From NCBI GenBank assembly GCA_002788755.1, contig PFRW01000050.1, positions 1 to 52,070 of the forward strand: a stretch of DNA of 52,070 bases. Reading direction: 5' to 3'. Positions within the stretch are counted from its first letter, which is position 1. Each line of letters begins with the position of its first letter. The notes beneath the pieces were generated by a model. That model was not told the DNA's origin and searched no databases. It worked only from the letters and a program-made list of their open reading frames with translations. Positions 31,856 through 41,251 of the stretch are shown one piece after another. Source of the DNA: Candidatus Peregrinibacteria bacterium CG_4_9_14_0_2_um_filter_41_14 (GTDB lineage Bacteria > Patescibacteriota > Gracilibacteria > UBA1369 > UM-FILTER-41-14). The translations under genes and the position numbers were made by a program.

Positions 31856-33325
31856 TTATTTTGAGATCGCTTCAACTAAAACTATACTGTCCAACCTAAC
31901 TGGCACTTTGTATCCATTACGAGTAATATAGGGGAATCGCCCATAAAATAGAGGGATTCCGTAGGGATCTTTAAAACTGATGATCGACATTAGCTCTTGC
32001 AATATTGTCAATCGTGCTTGTTCTTCGTAGGTTGTGTTTAAATTGGCAAGCAGTTTATCGACTTCAGAATTGTGATATTGTGACACATTGTATTTAAGTG
32101 ATTTAAAAATTGTATTTAGAAAGTTTGTGCCTGTACCAAGATCACTACGCCAGCCTAAAAAGAGCAACTGTACGTCTTCCACCATGTAACTATCAAAAAT
32201 CTGATCTTGCTCAACTAAGTAAGCTTCGGCATTAAGGCCTAAGGCATTAAGTTCGTGTTCTAAATCCAAACCAAATAAACTTAATGTGGGCGGTACGGCA
32301 AAGCGTATTAACTGACCGTTAAGGCCAAGCTCTGTTGTTAGGGCTTTGCGCTCTTCAAAATTCTTGAGTTGAGGAACAATACTGGGGTTATATCCTAAAA
32401 CTCCCGAACTAACAAATTGTGCGGCAGGCGTACCTTGTCCAGATGTCAACTCCTCCATTTGTTCATATGGCCAAACCTGTAAAAGTTTTTGACGATTTTG
32501 AGCTGATGACCAAAAAGAGTTAGCGGGATTCCAAATAAAGAAACTAACGGTCAAATCCGGTTGAGACCTTAATGTAAAATTACTGTCCGCCAGCTGTTCA
32601 CTTAAATCGACAGAAAAAGGTAAAACGGCAACGACGTCTGTGCTGCTTTTGGCTGTTTCAAAACGGGCATCTTTATCGAAGACCGATTGATAGCTAATGT
32701 TTGGAATTAACGGCGGGTTATTCCAGTGTTTTGCAAACGCTTTGTAGTTAACTTGGTTGCTAGTTTTACTAACAAATTGATAGGGGCCGGTGCCGTTAGG
32801 GGCTTCGGCAAGGGCAGCTAGATTAGTAGTACTAATGATTGGTACTTGCGTTAATTTCCGGAAAAATTCCGGATCCGGCTCATTTAATTTAAAAGTTACG
32901 GTTTCGGGAGCATTAGTTTCGATCCTCTTAATATTTTCAATTAAATCAACCAAATGTGGACTGCGGGTTTTTTGAATAGTGTCAAAAGTTTGCTTAATAT
33001 GATCCAACGTTAAATCGGTACCATCGTGAAATTTAACGTTACTACGGATTTTAAACTGCCATGTTATTTCATCAACCTTACCAAAAGTGTAAGCCAGTTG
33101 TGGTTGGATTTTTAATTGATCATTAAAATCGACCAGCCGCTCGTAAATCGGATGTAAATACTGGCGGTCAATAGCAACTACGGAATAAGGGTCGAGCGAA
33201 TTAAGCGGCTCGGCAACTAAAACTTTGGCGGACTTTAAGGTGGCGGCGGAACCGTTGCTGCTAAAAAGACTGCAGCCACTAAGTAAAAAGGTTAGGCATA
33301 AAAGGATGGCGATTATTTTTTTCAT
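31856..33325 (-). CDS. Family 5 (peptide/nickel-type) substrate-binding lipoprotein
   Basis: Lipobox LLSGC, SLDP, IYERLV, KFHDGT and PNGTGPY. Confidence 0.9.
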   Translation of the reverse strand: MKKIIAILLCLTFLLSGCSLFSSNGSAATLKSAKVLVAEPLNSLDPYSVVAIDRQYLHPIYERLVDFNDQLKIQPQLAYTFGKVDEITWQFKIRSNVKFHDGTDLTLDHIKQTFDTIQKTRSPHLVDLIENIKRIETNAPETVTFKLNEPDPEFFRKLTQVPIISTTNLAALAEAPNGTGPYQFVSKTSNQVNYKAFAKHWNNPPLIPNISYQSVFDKDARFETAKSSTDVVAVLPFSVDLSEQLADSNFTLRSQPDLTVSFFIWNPANSFWSSAQNRQKLLQVWPYEQMEELTSGQGTPAAQFVSSGVLGYNPSIVPQLKNFEERKALTTELGLNGQLIRFAVPPTLSLFGLDLEHELNALGLNAEAYLVEQDQIFDSYMVEDVQLLFLGWRSDLGTGTNFLNTIFKSLKYNVSQYHNSEVDKLLANLNTTYEEQARLTILQELMSIISFKDPYGIPLFYGRFPYITRNGYKVPVRLDSIVLVEAISK

Positions 33326-33339
33326 ATTTGTTTTTATGA

Positions 33340-34677
33340 TTAGGAATTGCGAAGATTTTGCATCATTTTAATCTTTGCCTGTAAGATGGCACCGCTACCA
33401 ATATCGGTGCGGTATTCGATTGGACCTTCGATTTGCCCAAGGCCGGTTAGGGCTTGTTCTCGTGCTTCTTCAATTGTTGCGCCCATGCCCACAAATGCAA
33501 TGGCGCGTGATCCAGACATTTCCAGTTCATAATATGCATCAGTTTCGTTGAGAAGATTAACTGAGGCAAAATAAACTTTGGCGGGATAATCCCCTTTGTT
33601 AAGTTTAATGATTGCACCTTTTTGCGGATTTTCGGGGTACCCTTTTGGTACGGCGTAAACGCAAACGGTCGCTTGTTTTGTAAATTCGGCAGGAAACTTA
33701 TTGAGATCTCCTGCTAAAATCGCTTCGCACAGTTCCACAAAATCGTCTTTAAGAAGGTTGAGCAGATTCATTGCTTCCGGGTCACCAAAGCGAGCGTTGT
33801 ACTCAATAACGCGAACACCATTGCTGGTTACCATAAAGCCACCGTAAAGGACGCCGGTAAAGGGGGTGCCGGTTTCGGTTTTAACGGCTTTAAGAATTTG
33901 TTGATTGATTTGGCGAGCGTCTTGCAAGTCGTTTGCTTCCAAAAAGGGGAGGCTGCCATCGCTATCGCTATAAGTGCCCATACCACCTGTGTTGGGGCCC
34001 TCGTCGCCGTTGTAAGCGCGCTTATGATCTTGAACGGCGGGAAATGTATATAAGTTTTCACCATCGGCTAATGCAAGCAAGCTGAACTCTTGACCAACTA
34101 ACTTTTCTTCAATTACAACACGATCGCAGTCGGCTAAACACTCTTCGGCAAAGGCAACGCCTGCGTTAATATCTGGTAAATGTTCACCGGACAACTTCAC
34201 GCCTTTTCCACCTAAAAGGCCGTCATATTTAATAACAAAATTGCCACCAAGTTCATCGGCTAAAAAGGCGCTGATGCCGTCGGCATTGTGAAAAACTTTA
34301 AATTTTGGAAGGCCGGGGATTTGATATTTAGCCATTAACTCCCTCGTAAAGGCTTTGGACGTTTCCAGTTGCGCAGTAATTTTTAAAGGAGCAACAGATC
34401 GTAAATTATTATGTTGAAGTAAAAAATCGCCAAGGCCTTGCCCAATGGGGTCATCGGGGCCGATTACGACAAAGTCAGGACTAACCTCGCTGGCAAAAGC
34501 AGAAATTGCTTCAAAATCACTTGAACTGCCGACTTTGTACTGTATACTTAGTTGCTTAATGCCAGGATTAATAGCTTGTCCAAAAGCATATAGTTCGACT
34601 TGGTGCTTACTATTGATAAGGGCTTCGGCTAGGGCATGCTCGCGGGCACCATTACCAATTAATAAGATTTTTCTCAT
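33340..34677 (-). CDS. purD: Phosphoribosylamine-glycine ligase
   Basis: Motifs GNGAREHAL, LETSKAF, GGKGV, QDHKR, GPNTGGMG and EYNARFGDPE. Confidence 0.97.
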   Translation of the reverse strand: MRKILLIGNGAREHALAEALINSKHQVELYAFGQAINPGIKQLSIQYKVGSSSDFEAISAFASEVSPDFVVIGPDDPIGQGLGDFLLQHNNLRSVAPLKITAQLETSKAFTRELMAKYQIPGLPKFKVFHNADGISAFLADELGGNFVIKYDGLLGGKGVKLSGEHLPDINAGVAFAEECLADCDRVVIEEKLVGQEFSLLALADGENLYTFPAVQDHKRAYNGDEGPNTGGMGTYSDSDGSLPFLEANDLQDARQINQQILKAVKTETGTPFTGVLYGGFMVTSNGVRVIEYNARFGDPEAMNLLNLLKDDFVELCEAILAGDLNKFPAEFTKQATVCVYAVPKGYPENPQKGAIIKLNKGDYPAKVYFASVNLLNETDAYYELEMSGSRAIAFVGMGATIEEAREQALTGLGQIEGPIEYRTDIGSGAILQAKIKMMQNLRNS

Positions 34678-36143
34678 AAAAGCTGCATTTTAAGGTCTTT
34701 GTCTCCTTTTTCGATGGCCATATTTTCCAAGTACGCTTCTGTAATTTCGGGAGTTGGATAGTTGCCGTCGAAACAGGCTGTACAAAATTTTCGATTAATT
34801 GATTTTGGTGGTTTGACACTTTCGATAAGATCGTCTAGGTCTTGGTAAAAGACGGCGTCCGCTTTAATGGATTTTGCAATTTCTGCAACACTCAAATTGT
34901 TAGCAACAAACTCGGATTTTGTTGGCATATCCACACCGTACATACAGGGGAATTTTAATGGTGGCGCACATGAGGCAAAATAGACTTTTTCGGCACCTTG
35001 CTCACGCACTAGTTCAACTATTTTACGAGAAGTATTACCCCGCACAATACTATCGTCCACAATTAAAACTTTCTTTCCTTTTAATTCTAAAGGGATTGGA
35101 TTGAGCTTACGTCGGATTGATTTTTGGCGTTCGGCTTGAACAGGCATAATAAAGGTACGGCCAATATACCGATTTTTAATTAAACCTTCACGGTATTTGA
35201 CTCCTAGTGCGTATGCAAGCGTTACGGCAGCTGTACGTGCTGTATCTGGTACCGGAATAACAACATCGATTTCGATGCCGGAATCTTTAATTTTCTTAGC
35301 TAGTTGCTCCCCCATTCTTAATCTTGACTTATAAACACTAACGTTATCCATTAATGAGTCAGGCCGCGCTAGGTAGACATATTCAAAAATGCATGCGCGG
35401 TGTTCGATTTTTTCGGCGCAAATTTGCTTGTGGACTTTCTTATTTTCATCAATATAGATTACTTCTCCCGGTTGAATATCTTCAACAACTTCAAAACCGT
35501 TGCTGGTTAGGGCAACACTTTCGGACGCAATCATGTATTCAACGCCACCTGTGGCAGTTTGTCTTTTACCGTAAATTAGCGGACGGATGCCGTGCGGGTC
35601 TCTAAAGGCAAACATCCCCTGCCCCGCAATTAGACCAATTACAGAGTAACTGCCGGTGAGGCGCTTGTAGACATTTTTCATAACTCCAAAGAAAACATCG
35701 GGAGCGAGTTGTCGTTCGGCATCGGTCTGTAGCTCATGTCCTAACACATTTAAGAGCATTTCGGAGTCGGAACTACTGTTTAAATAGCGGTTATCTTCTT
35801 CGGTAATGATGTGCTTGAGTTCGTTATAGTTTGTTAAATTACCATTATGAATAAGGGCAATTCCGTATGGCGAATTAATAATAAAAGGCTGAGCCGCCGT
35901 AGGATCCATATTTCCCGCAGTGCGATAACGTACATGCCCAATACCAATTGCCCCAGTTAAATGATTAAACGAGTCCGGTGTAATAACATCCGACACAAGT
36001 CCATTGTCCTTTTTCAGATGGAAGTGTCCGTCGTACGTCACAATGCCGGCGGCGTCCTGTCCTCTGTGTTGAAGCATGAGTAGTGCTTCGTAAATGTCAA
36101 AAACGACATTGTCTTCCCCATGAATACCAACGATTCCACACAT
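34674..36143 (-). CDS. purF: Amidophosphoribosyltransferase
   Basis: N-terminal MCGIVG, QHRGQD, GHVRY, HNGN, CIFEYVY.ARPDS, VDDSIVRG and CTACF. Confidence 0.97.
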   Translation of the reverse strand: MCGIVGIHGEDNVVFDIYEALLMLQHRGQDAAGIVTYDGHFHLKKDNGLVSDVITPDSFNHLTGAIGIGHVRYRTAGNMDPTAAQPFIINSPYGIALIHNGNLTNYNELKHIITEEDNRYLNSSSDSEMLLNVLGHELQTDAERQLAPDVFFGVMKNVYKRLTGSYSVIGLIAGQGMFAFRDPHGIRPLIYGKRQTATGGVEYMIASESVALTSNGFEVVEDIQPGEVIYIDENKKVHKQICAEKIEHRACIFEYVYLARPDSLMDNVSVYKSRLRMGEQLAKKIKDSGIEIDVVIPVPDTARTAAVTLAYALGVKYREGLIKNRYIGRTFIMPVQAERQKSIRRKLNPIPLELKGKKVLIVDDSIVRGNTSRKIVELVREQGAEKVYFASCAPPLKFPCMYGVDMPTKSEFVANNLSVAEIAKSIKADAVFYQDLDDLIESVKPPKSINRKFCTACFDGNYPTPEITEAYLENMAIEKGDKDLKMQLL

Positions 36144-36152
36144 AATAAAGGA

Positions 36153-37010
36153 TTAAGATTGATTATTTTGTCGCTTTGCTGCAATGACAACGTTCTCCAT
36201 TAAACAAGCAACCGTCATGGGTCCTGCGCCGCCGGGAACGGGCGTAATGTAGCTGGCTTTTTTCGCAATTTCGTCAAAATCAACATCGCCGCATAGTTTG
36301 CCATCTACACGATTGCAGCCAATATCAACAACAACGGCGCCGTCTTTAACCATGTCGGCGGTAATTAGATTGGGTCGGCCAACGGCCACAATTAAAATAT
36401 CGGCACGTTTGGTGTTGGCAGCTAAATCTTTTGTATGAATGTGGCAAGTGGTCACGGTTGCGTCTCGATTTAGCATCATAATGGTCATTGGTTTGCCAAC
36501 AATATTACTATGCCCAACTACGGTTACATCTTGGCCCTCAATTGGTAAGTTATAGTACTCAAGCATTTTAATAACGCCTTTTGGGGTGCAAGGTACAAGC
36601 CCTTCAAACTCTTTACTTAAAAACATTTTGCCAACGTTGTAAGCATGAAAACCGTCGACATCTTTGTCGGGGTTAATTCTTTTTAATAAAACAGGAACAT
36701 TGAGGTGCTGTGGTAATGGTAGCTGAATTAAGATGCCGTGAATTTCGGGATTGGTGTTGAGTTCGTCGATTTTGGCTTCTAGTACTGCTTGTTCTACAGT
36801 GCTTGCATACGAAATCTGCTCCCACAAAACGCCGGTAGCTTCACAACTTTTCTCTTTTTGACGAACATAGCTTAAAGATCCCAAATCTTCGCCAACTAAA
36901 ATTACGGCCAACTTAGGGTGAATATGTTCCGCTTGCAATGCCTCTACATCTTTTTGCACTGTGGCGAGAACAGAGTCGCTAACGAGTCGACCATCAAGAA
37001 TATTGGCCAT
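36153..37010 (-). CDS. folD: Bifunctional methylene-THF dehydrogenase/cyclohydrolase
   Basis: Motifs GILIQLPLP, KDVDGFH, PCTP, IVGKP and TPVPGGAGP. Confidence 0.97.
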   Translation of the reverse strand: MANILDGRLVSDSVLATVQKDVEALQAEHIHPKLAVILVGEDLGSLSYVRQKEKSCEATGVLWEQISYASTVEQAVLEAKIDELNTNPEIHGILIQLPLPQHLNVPVLLKRINPDKDVDGFHAYNVGKMFLSKEFEGLVPCTPKGVIKMLEYYNLPIEGQDVTVVGHSNIVGKPMTIMMLNRDATVTTCHIHTKDLAANTKRADILIVAVGRPNLITADMVKDGAVVVDIGCNRVDGKLCGDVDFDEIAKKASYITPVPGGAGPMTVACLMENVVIAAKRQNNQS

Positions 37011-37104
37011 AGGCTTAATCAATATTATTACACAGCCAATTTACAAGCTTAATTGCACTTTGGCAACCGGTAATGCTATATTGTGGTCAAAATTAACAAA
37101 AATT

Positions 37105-37689
37105 ATGTTTATCACTTTTTATGGGATTAATAACATTGGAAAAACGACACACGCTAAACGTTTTGCACAAAGATGCGAAGAACTTGCCGGCCTAAAAGTA
37201 AAATATCTAAAATTCCCACTTTACGACCTCCCTCCCTCCGGCCCCTTTTTAAACGAGCAACTCCGTGGCGATGCCGGCCAAACAGTAACAGAGGAAGAAT
37301 TGCAAACCTGGTTTGTTGTAAACCGATGGCAACACCAACCGCAACTAATGCGTGACCTTGCCGAATACGACGTTGTTGTTGCCGAAGATTATGTGCAAAC
37401 CGGCATTGCCTGGGGCACTGCTAAAGGCGCATCTGAAGAGTGGCTGGAGGCGATTAATGCTCCCCTGCTTAAAGAGGATGTTAGTGTTTTAATGCTTGGG
37501 GAACGCAGCAAGGATGCAATGGAAGAACAACATGTGCATGAAACTAACGATGAATTGATCGCTAAATGCGATGAGGTACTCCGCCGCAGGGCCAGCCGAT
37601 TAGGCTGGCTGACAGTAGAAGTGCAGCCGGAGAAGGATGATACGGAGGCGTTGGTTTGGGAGATGTTGAAGGGAAAGCTTGGGGCTTAA
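37105..37689 (+). CDS. tmk: Thymidylate kinase-like protein
   Basis: MFITFYGINNIGKTT (P-loop), KFPLY, NRW and EDY; located near dut. The ORF-track start overlaps folD, so ATG 37105 is preferred. Confidence 0.75.
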   Translation: MFITFYGINNIGKTTHAKRFAQRCEELAGLKVKYLKFPLYDLPPSGPFLNEQLRGDAGQTVTEEELQTWFVVNRWQHQPQLMRDLAEYDVVVAEDYVQTGIAWGTAKGASEEWLEAINAPLLKEDVSVLMLGERSKDAMEEQHVHETNDELIAKCDEVLRRRASRLGWLTVEVQPEKDDTEALVWEMLKGKLGA

Positions 37690-37740
37690 TTACTAAAATT
37701 GGCTAATTCTGCTATAATTGCTGGATAGTTAATCTGCGAT

Positions 37741-38310
37741 ATGAGTACTACTCCGCAAGTGACTGGCAGTAAGACACCTGATTACCCAGAGGGATCTAAT
37801 CGTCCCGTAGTTGTTGGCGTGCCAATTGAGCTACTTAGAGGGGAGGCAAACGGGCAGGTTGTGGCAGCACTGAATGAACCTCCGGAGCTCCCTACTCTTA
37901 AACTTCAAGCAGTTCAGCGACCCGATCAGCCTACGGAAGCAAAAGTGGATGTTGAAGTCTCGGCAAGCTTGCCGGGTCCTTTTGAAAGCCTGTATCAGAT
38001 ATTAAATCTTACATTTGCGGATACTTTCGATAAATCAGATTTCATGAAGACGGCTATACAACGAGCTGGTATATTGGATAAATTACCGAACAAGAAGATG
38101 AAAAAGGAGTTCTTAATGATGACACTACCTAAACAAAGCCAAATCGACTCCGATGCTTTACTTACGCATTATACTGAGTGCTGGGATTATGCGTTACAAA
38201 ATGAAACTGCACCAGACTTGGAGGAAATATCGCTCTGGTGCGTAATTAAATTACATATCAGTAAATTAGGCATAAGTTATATACCTGCCAGGATACAAAG
38301 AATCTACTGA
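37741..38310 (+). CDS. Hypothetical protein (orphan)
   Basis: 189-aa ORF preceded by TGcTATAAT, with a Pro-rich N-terminus and a TGA stop. Confidence 0.65.
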   Translation: MSTTPQVTGSKTPDYPEGSNRPVVVGVPIELLRGEANGQVVAALNEPPELPTLKLQAVQRPDQPTEAKVDVEVSASLPGPFESLYQILNLTFADTFDKSDFMKTAIQRAGILDKLPNKKMKKEFLMMTLPKQSQIDSDALLTHYTECWDYALQNETAPDLEEISLWCVIKLHISKLGISYIPARIQRIY

Positions 38311-38400
38311 ACGAATTGATAGAATTACTAAAAAGACTTTACGTAATCGACGGAGCCAGTCTAAATGCCATTAGTGTGAAATACATTGCGGGTTGGCCCC

Positions 38401-38829
38401 CTACCCCGTACTCCCAAACCCGCCTCTACTCTCCCCTGCTACCTCGTCACTCTCTACCAGTTGAGGGATGCCGACTTTAACGAAGATGCCTTGGGCAATG
38501 CGTTCGCCGCGGTCGACGGTGACGGTTTCTTTGGTAAAGTTGTAGACTTGGATGCCGAGTTCGTCGGTTTCGCCGCAGTAATCTTGGTCAATAATGCCGA
38601 TAGAGTGTGGCTTCATTAGGCCTTTTTTGCGTGGGGTGGAACTGCGGCTAACTAGCATGAGCATGTAGCCTTCCGGCACTTGCACAATTAAATTGGCGGG
38701 GATAATGGCAATGGCGGCGGGCTCAATTGTTATGCTTGTACGAGCATATAAATCAAAGCCAACGGCGCCTTTGGTGTGAAATTCCGGTAATGGGAGGGAT
38801 TTATCAATCCGTTTAATTTTTACTTGCAT
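38401..38829 (-). CDS. dut: dUTP diphosphatase
   Basis: Motifs AVGFDL, SRSS, GIIDQDYCG, RIAQ and RGGFGSTG. Confidence 0.95.
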   Translation of the reverse strand: MQVKIKRIDKSLPLPEFHTKGAVGFDLYARTSITIEPAAIAIIPANLIVQVPEGYMLMLVSRSSTPRKKGLMKPHSIGIIDQDYCGETDELGIQVYNFTKETVTVDRGERIAQGIFVKVGIPQLVESDEVAGESRGGFGSTG

Positions 38830-39790
38830 CTTTTTCGAGTTCTAGAGTTCGATTAAGGGCTTCGAGGGCAACTTCCAGTTGTTGGTCGTTTGGTTCACTC
38901 GTTGTTAGGCGTTGGAACCAAAGTCCCGGCACAACAAACATTCTCACAAAAAAGTTATTACGGTGTTTGGCGCTCAGCTTAAGTGCTTCGTAAGCAATAC
39001 CGGCAATTAGCGGTAGGACAAAGATGCGTTGACCAAACTGAATCCAAAATTCCGGATTGCGGGGAATAAATGTATAAACAACAATACTAATTAAAATGAC
39101 CATAAAAATAAAGCTAGTTCCGCAACGTGGATGAAAACGGGACTGCTTGCGCGCACCATTAACGGTTGTGAGATCTTCATTATTTTCGTAGGCAAAAACG
39201 GATTTATGTTCGGCACCATGGTATTCAAAAACGCGGCCAATGCTGGGGATCATGCTAATACCGGCAATATATAAAACAAAAATTGCGATTTTAATGCCAC
39301 CATCAACCAGGTTGTAGAGAATATCACTTTGTTGAAGCAGTGGGATGTAATTACGTAAAAACTCAGTTGTGTATAATGGCACAAGCTTAAACAGAACGAG
39401 AGCAAAGCCAAGAGCAACGATGATATTTACAACAAACAACACCATACCCCAAATTTCCTTGCCCAGATCGGTTTTGTGCGAATCGATTTCTTCGTCAATT
39501 TTTCGTTTTTGAATAATTTCCTCTTCGGTTTCTACGGCTTCTTCGGCAGATAAATTAATGGACTTCATCCCTAAAATTAACATTTCAACCATATTAACCA
39601 CACCGCGAACAATGGGGATATTTAAAAAGCGCCACCGTTGAATGACACTCTTAAAGGGCCAATCGTGTATTTTGATTGACCCATCTTGTTTACGTACTGC
39701 AATTGCAACGAAGTTGGCTGAGCGCATCATTACCCCTTCTATAAGGGCTTGGCCACCAACGGCAAAATCAAATTTTGGCTTATCTATCAT
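38813..39790 (-). CDS. DUF1385 domain protein
   Basis: Motifs GGQALIEGVMMR, FEYHGAEHK, HPRCGTSF and QRLTT.EP. Confidence 0.92.
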   Translation of the reverse strand: MIDKPKFDFAVGGQALIEGVMMRSANFVAIAVRKQDGSIKIHDWPFKSVIQRWRFLNIPIVRGVVNMVEMLILGMKSINLSAEEAVETEEEIIQKRKIDEEIDSHKTDLGKEIWGMVLFVVNIIVALGFALVLFKLVPLYTTEFLRNYIPLLQQSDILYNLVDGGIKIAIFVLYIAGISMIPSIGRVFEYHGAEHKSVFAYENNEDLTTVNGARKQSRFHPRCGTSFIFMVILISIVVYTFIPRNPEFWIQFGQRIFVLPLIAGIAYEALKLSAKHRNNFFVRMFVVPGLWFQRLTTSEPNDQQLEVALEALNRTLELEKDASKN

Positions 39791-39855
39791 ATTATAAATT
39801 TTTATTAGACTCGCCAAGTAAATTACCTTTCTAAACTTGAGCGGTCAATAAAGAT

Positions 39856-40551
39856 TTATAACGCCATCACCTCTTGAGTTTCAATCATTACACTCGGCCC
39901 CATGCTTGTAGTTAAATGAACCGCTTTTACATAGGTGCCTTTTGCACCACTTGGCTTAGCATCTAAAATTGCTTTTAGAAGTGCCTTGAGATTTTCTTCA
40001 AGTTTTTCATTTGCAAAAGAAACTTTGCCAAAAATATTGTGAATAATGCCGGTTTTATCTGTACGAAACTCAATTTTACCTTTCATAATTTGCTCAATAA
40101 TTTTGGCAGGTTCAGGAGTAACAGTTCCGGCTTTAGGACTAGGCATTAAGCCTTGTTGCCCCAATGTTTTGGCAACCTTACCTAACTTGGCCATTAACGC
40201 GGGCATGGCAACAACCATGTCAAAATCTGTCCAGCCTTTTTCAATTTTTGCGATTATTGTTTCATTGCCGGCATCGATTGCACCGGCTTTAATGGCTTCG
40301 TCCACTTTATCATCACTAACAATGGCAACCACGCGTACGGTTTTACCTGTACCATGTGGTAACATAATTGTTGAACGAACGATTTGATCAGCATGCTTAG
40401 GATCAACACCCAAACGGATGTGAATTTCGCATGAAGCGTCAAATTTAGTTGTGTTTGTTTCTTTTAAAAGTGCGATAGCCTCACTAATACTGTAAATTGG
40501 TTTAACCACTTTAGCTTTTGCGTCGCGATATTTTTTTCCGTGTTTAGCCAT
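39856..40551 (-). CDS. rplA: 50S ribosomal protein uL1
   Basis: Motifs KFDAS, LGVDP, LPHGTGK, GLMPSPKAGTV and TSMGP. Confidence 0.98.
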   Translation of the reverse strand: MAKHGKKYRDAKAKVVKPIYSISEAIALLKETNTTKFDASCEIHIRLGVDPKHADQIVRSTIMLPHGTGKTVRVVAIVSDDKVDEAIKAGAIDAGNETIIAKIEKGWTDFDMVVAMPALMAKLGKVAKTLGQQGLMPSPKAGTVTPEPAKIIEQIMKGKIEFRTDKTGIIHNIFGKVSFANEKLEENLKALLKAILDAKPSGAKGTYVKAVHLTTSMGPSVMIETQEVMAL

Positions 40552-40571
40552 AATTGTATAATTAAATGATA

Positions 40572-40604
40572 GTGGTGTTAACGTCCTGGCGTGTGGACTC
40601 CCAC
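40572..40604 (-). promoter_or_regulatory. Putative L1 autoregulatory RNA site between rplK and rplA
   Basis: Minus strand GTGG-GAG-TCC-acacgcca-GGA-cgttaaca-CCAC: a hairpin with an asymmetric loop carrying GGGAG, like the L1-binding 23S rRNA mimic. Confidence 0.7.
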
Positions 40605-40624
40605 AAAATAAATACTTAAATAAA

Positions 40625-41071
40625 TTATCCTTCTACCTTAACACCCATACTGCGAGCCGTACCACCAATAATTTTGGCAGCCTGTTCAACCGTATGCGCG
40701 TTTAGATCTTCCATTTTGATGGTTGCCACTGCTTCTAATTGTTTTTGAGTGATTGTACCAACCTTGGTTTTATTTGGTTCTCCGGAACCTTTTGGCAAAT
40801 TGATCGCTTTTTTAATTAAGAAAGCGGCTGGAGATGTTTTGGTAATGAAACTAAAAGTACGGTCTTCGTAAATTGTAATTTCGGCCGGAACGATTGCATC
40901 GCCCATGTCTTTTGTTTCATTATTGAACTGCGTACAAAACTCTTGAATCTGAATTCCGTGAGGACCTAGCGCAGAACCAACCGGTGGCGCCGGATTTGCC
41001 TTGCCGGCAGGAATTTGTAATTTAACAATTGATTTAATTTTTTTACCACTTTTACCACTTGGAGCAGCCAT
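40625..41071 (-). CDS. rplK: 50S ribosomal protein uL11
   Basis: Motifs [25 protein letters not shown] and GTARSMG. Confidence 0.98.
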   Translation of the reverse strand: MAAPSGKSGKKIKSIVKLQIPAGKANPAPPVGSALGPHGIQIQEFCTQFNNETKDMGDAIVPAEITIYEDRTFSFITKTSPAAFLIKKAINLPKGSGEPNKTKVGTITQKQLEAVATIKMEDLNAHTVEQAAKIIGGTARSMGVKVEG

Positions 41072-41153
41072 GAAAAACGGGTTAATTTGCTAAGCTTTTT
41101 TACAGGTTTTGCCTGTTTTCGTCAAGGCAAAAAAGCATAAAAGGCTGAATTTA

Positions 41154-41183
41154 TTGACTCTATTGCTTCGACTATGGTATTAT
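41154..41183 (+). promoter_or_regulatory. Promoter with extended -10 that has no downstream plus-strand ORF
   Basis: TTGACT (41154-41159), 18 bp, TGgTATTAT (TG 41175-41176, -10 at 41178-41183). The predicted TSS near 41189 coincides with the first base of a long hairpin. Confidence 0.6.
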
Positions 41184-41188
41184 TTTTT

Positions 41189-41251
41189 AGAAATAAGTTT
41201 CCGGCCGTGGTTTATATACCACACCTAGCGGGAAATTTGTTTCTTTTTTTT
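41189..41251 (+). ncRNA. Candidate ~62-nt hairpin small RNA, convergent with the 41250-41663 gene
   Basis: 14-bp stem 41189-41202/41231-41244 that is fully paired only on the plus strand (two G-U pairs), inner GTGGT/ACCAC stem, then a U tract; own promoter upstream. Confidence 0.55.

Noticed and set aside
38308..38322. Genetic code 25 (TGA=Gly) as in Gracilibacteria/Absconditabacteria, given how rare TGA stops are
   Set aside because: Gly-rich conserved genes (gyrA, gyrB, glyA, purD) are full length with no in-frame TGA, so code 11 fits.
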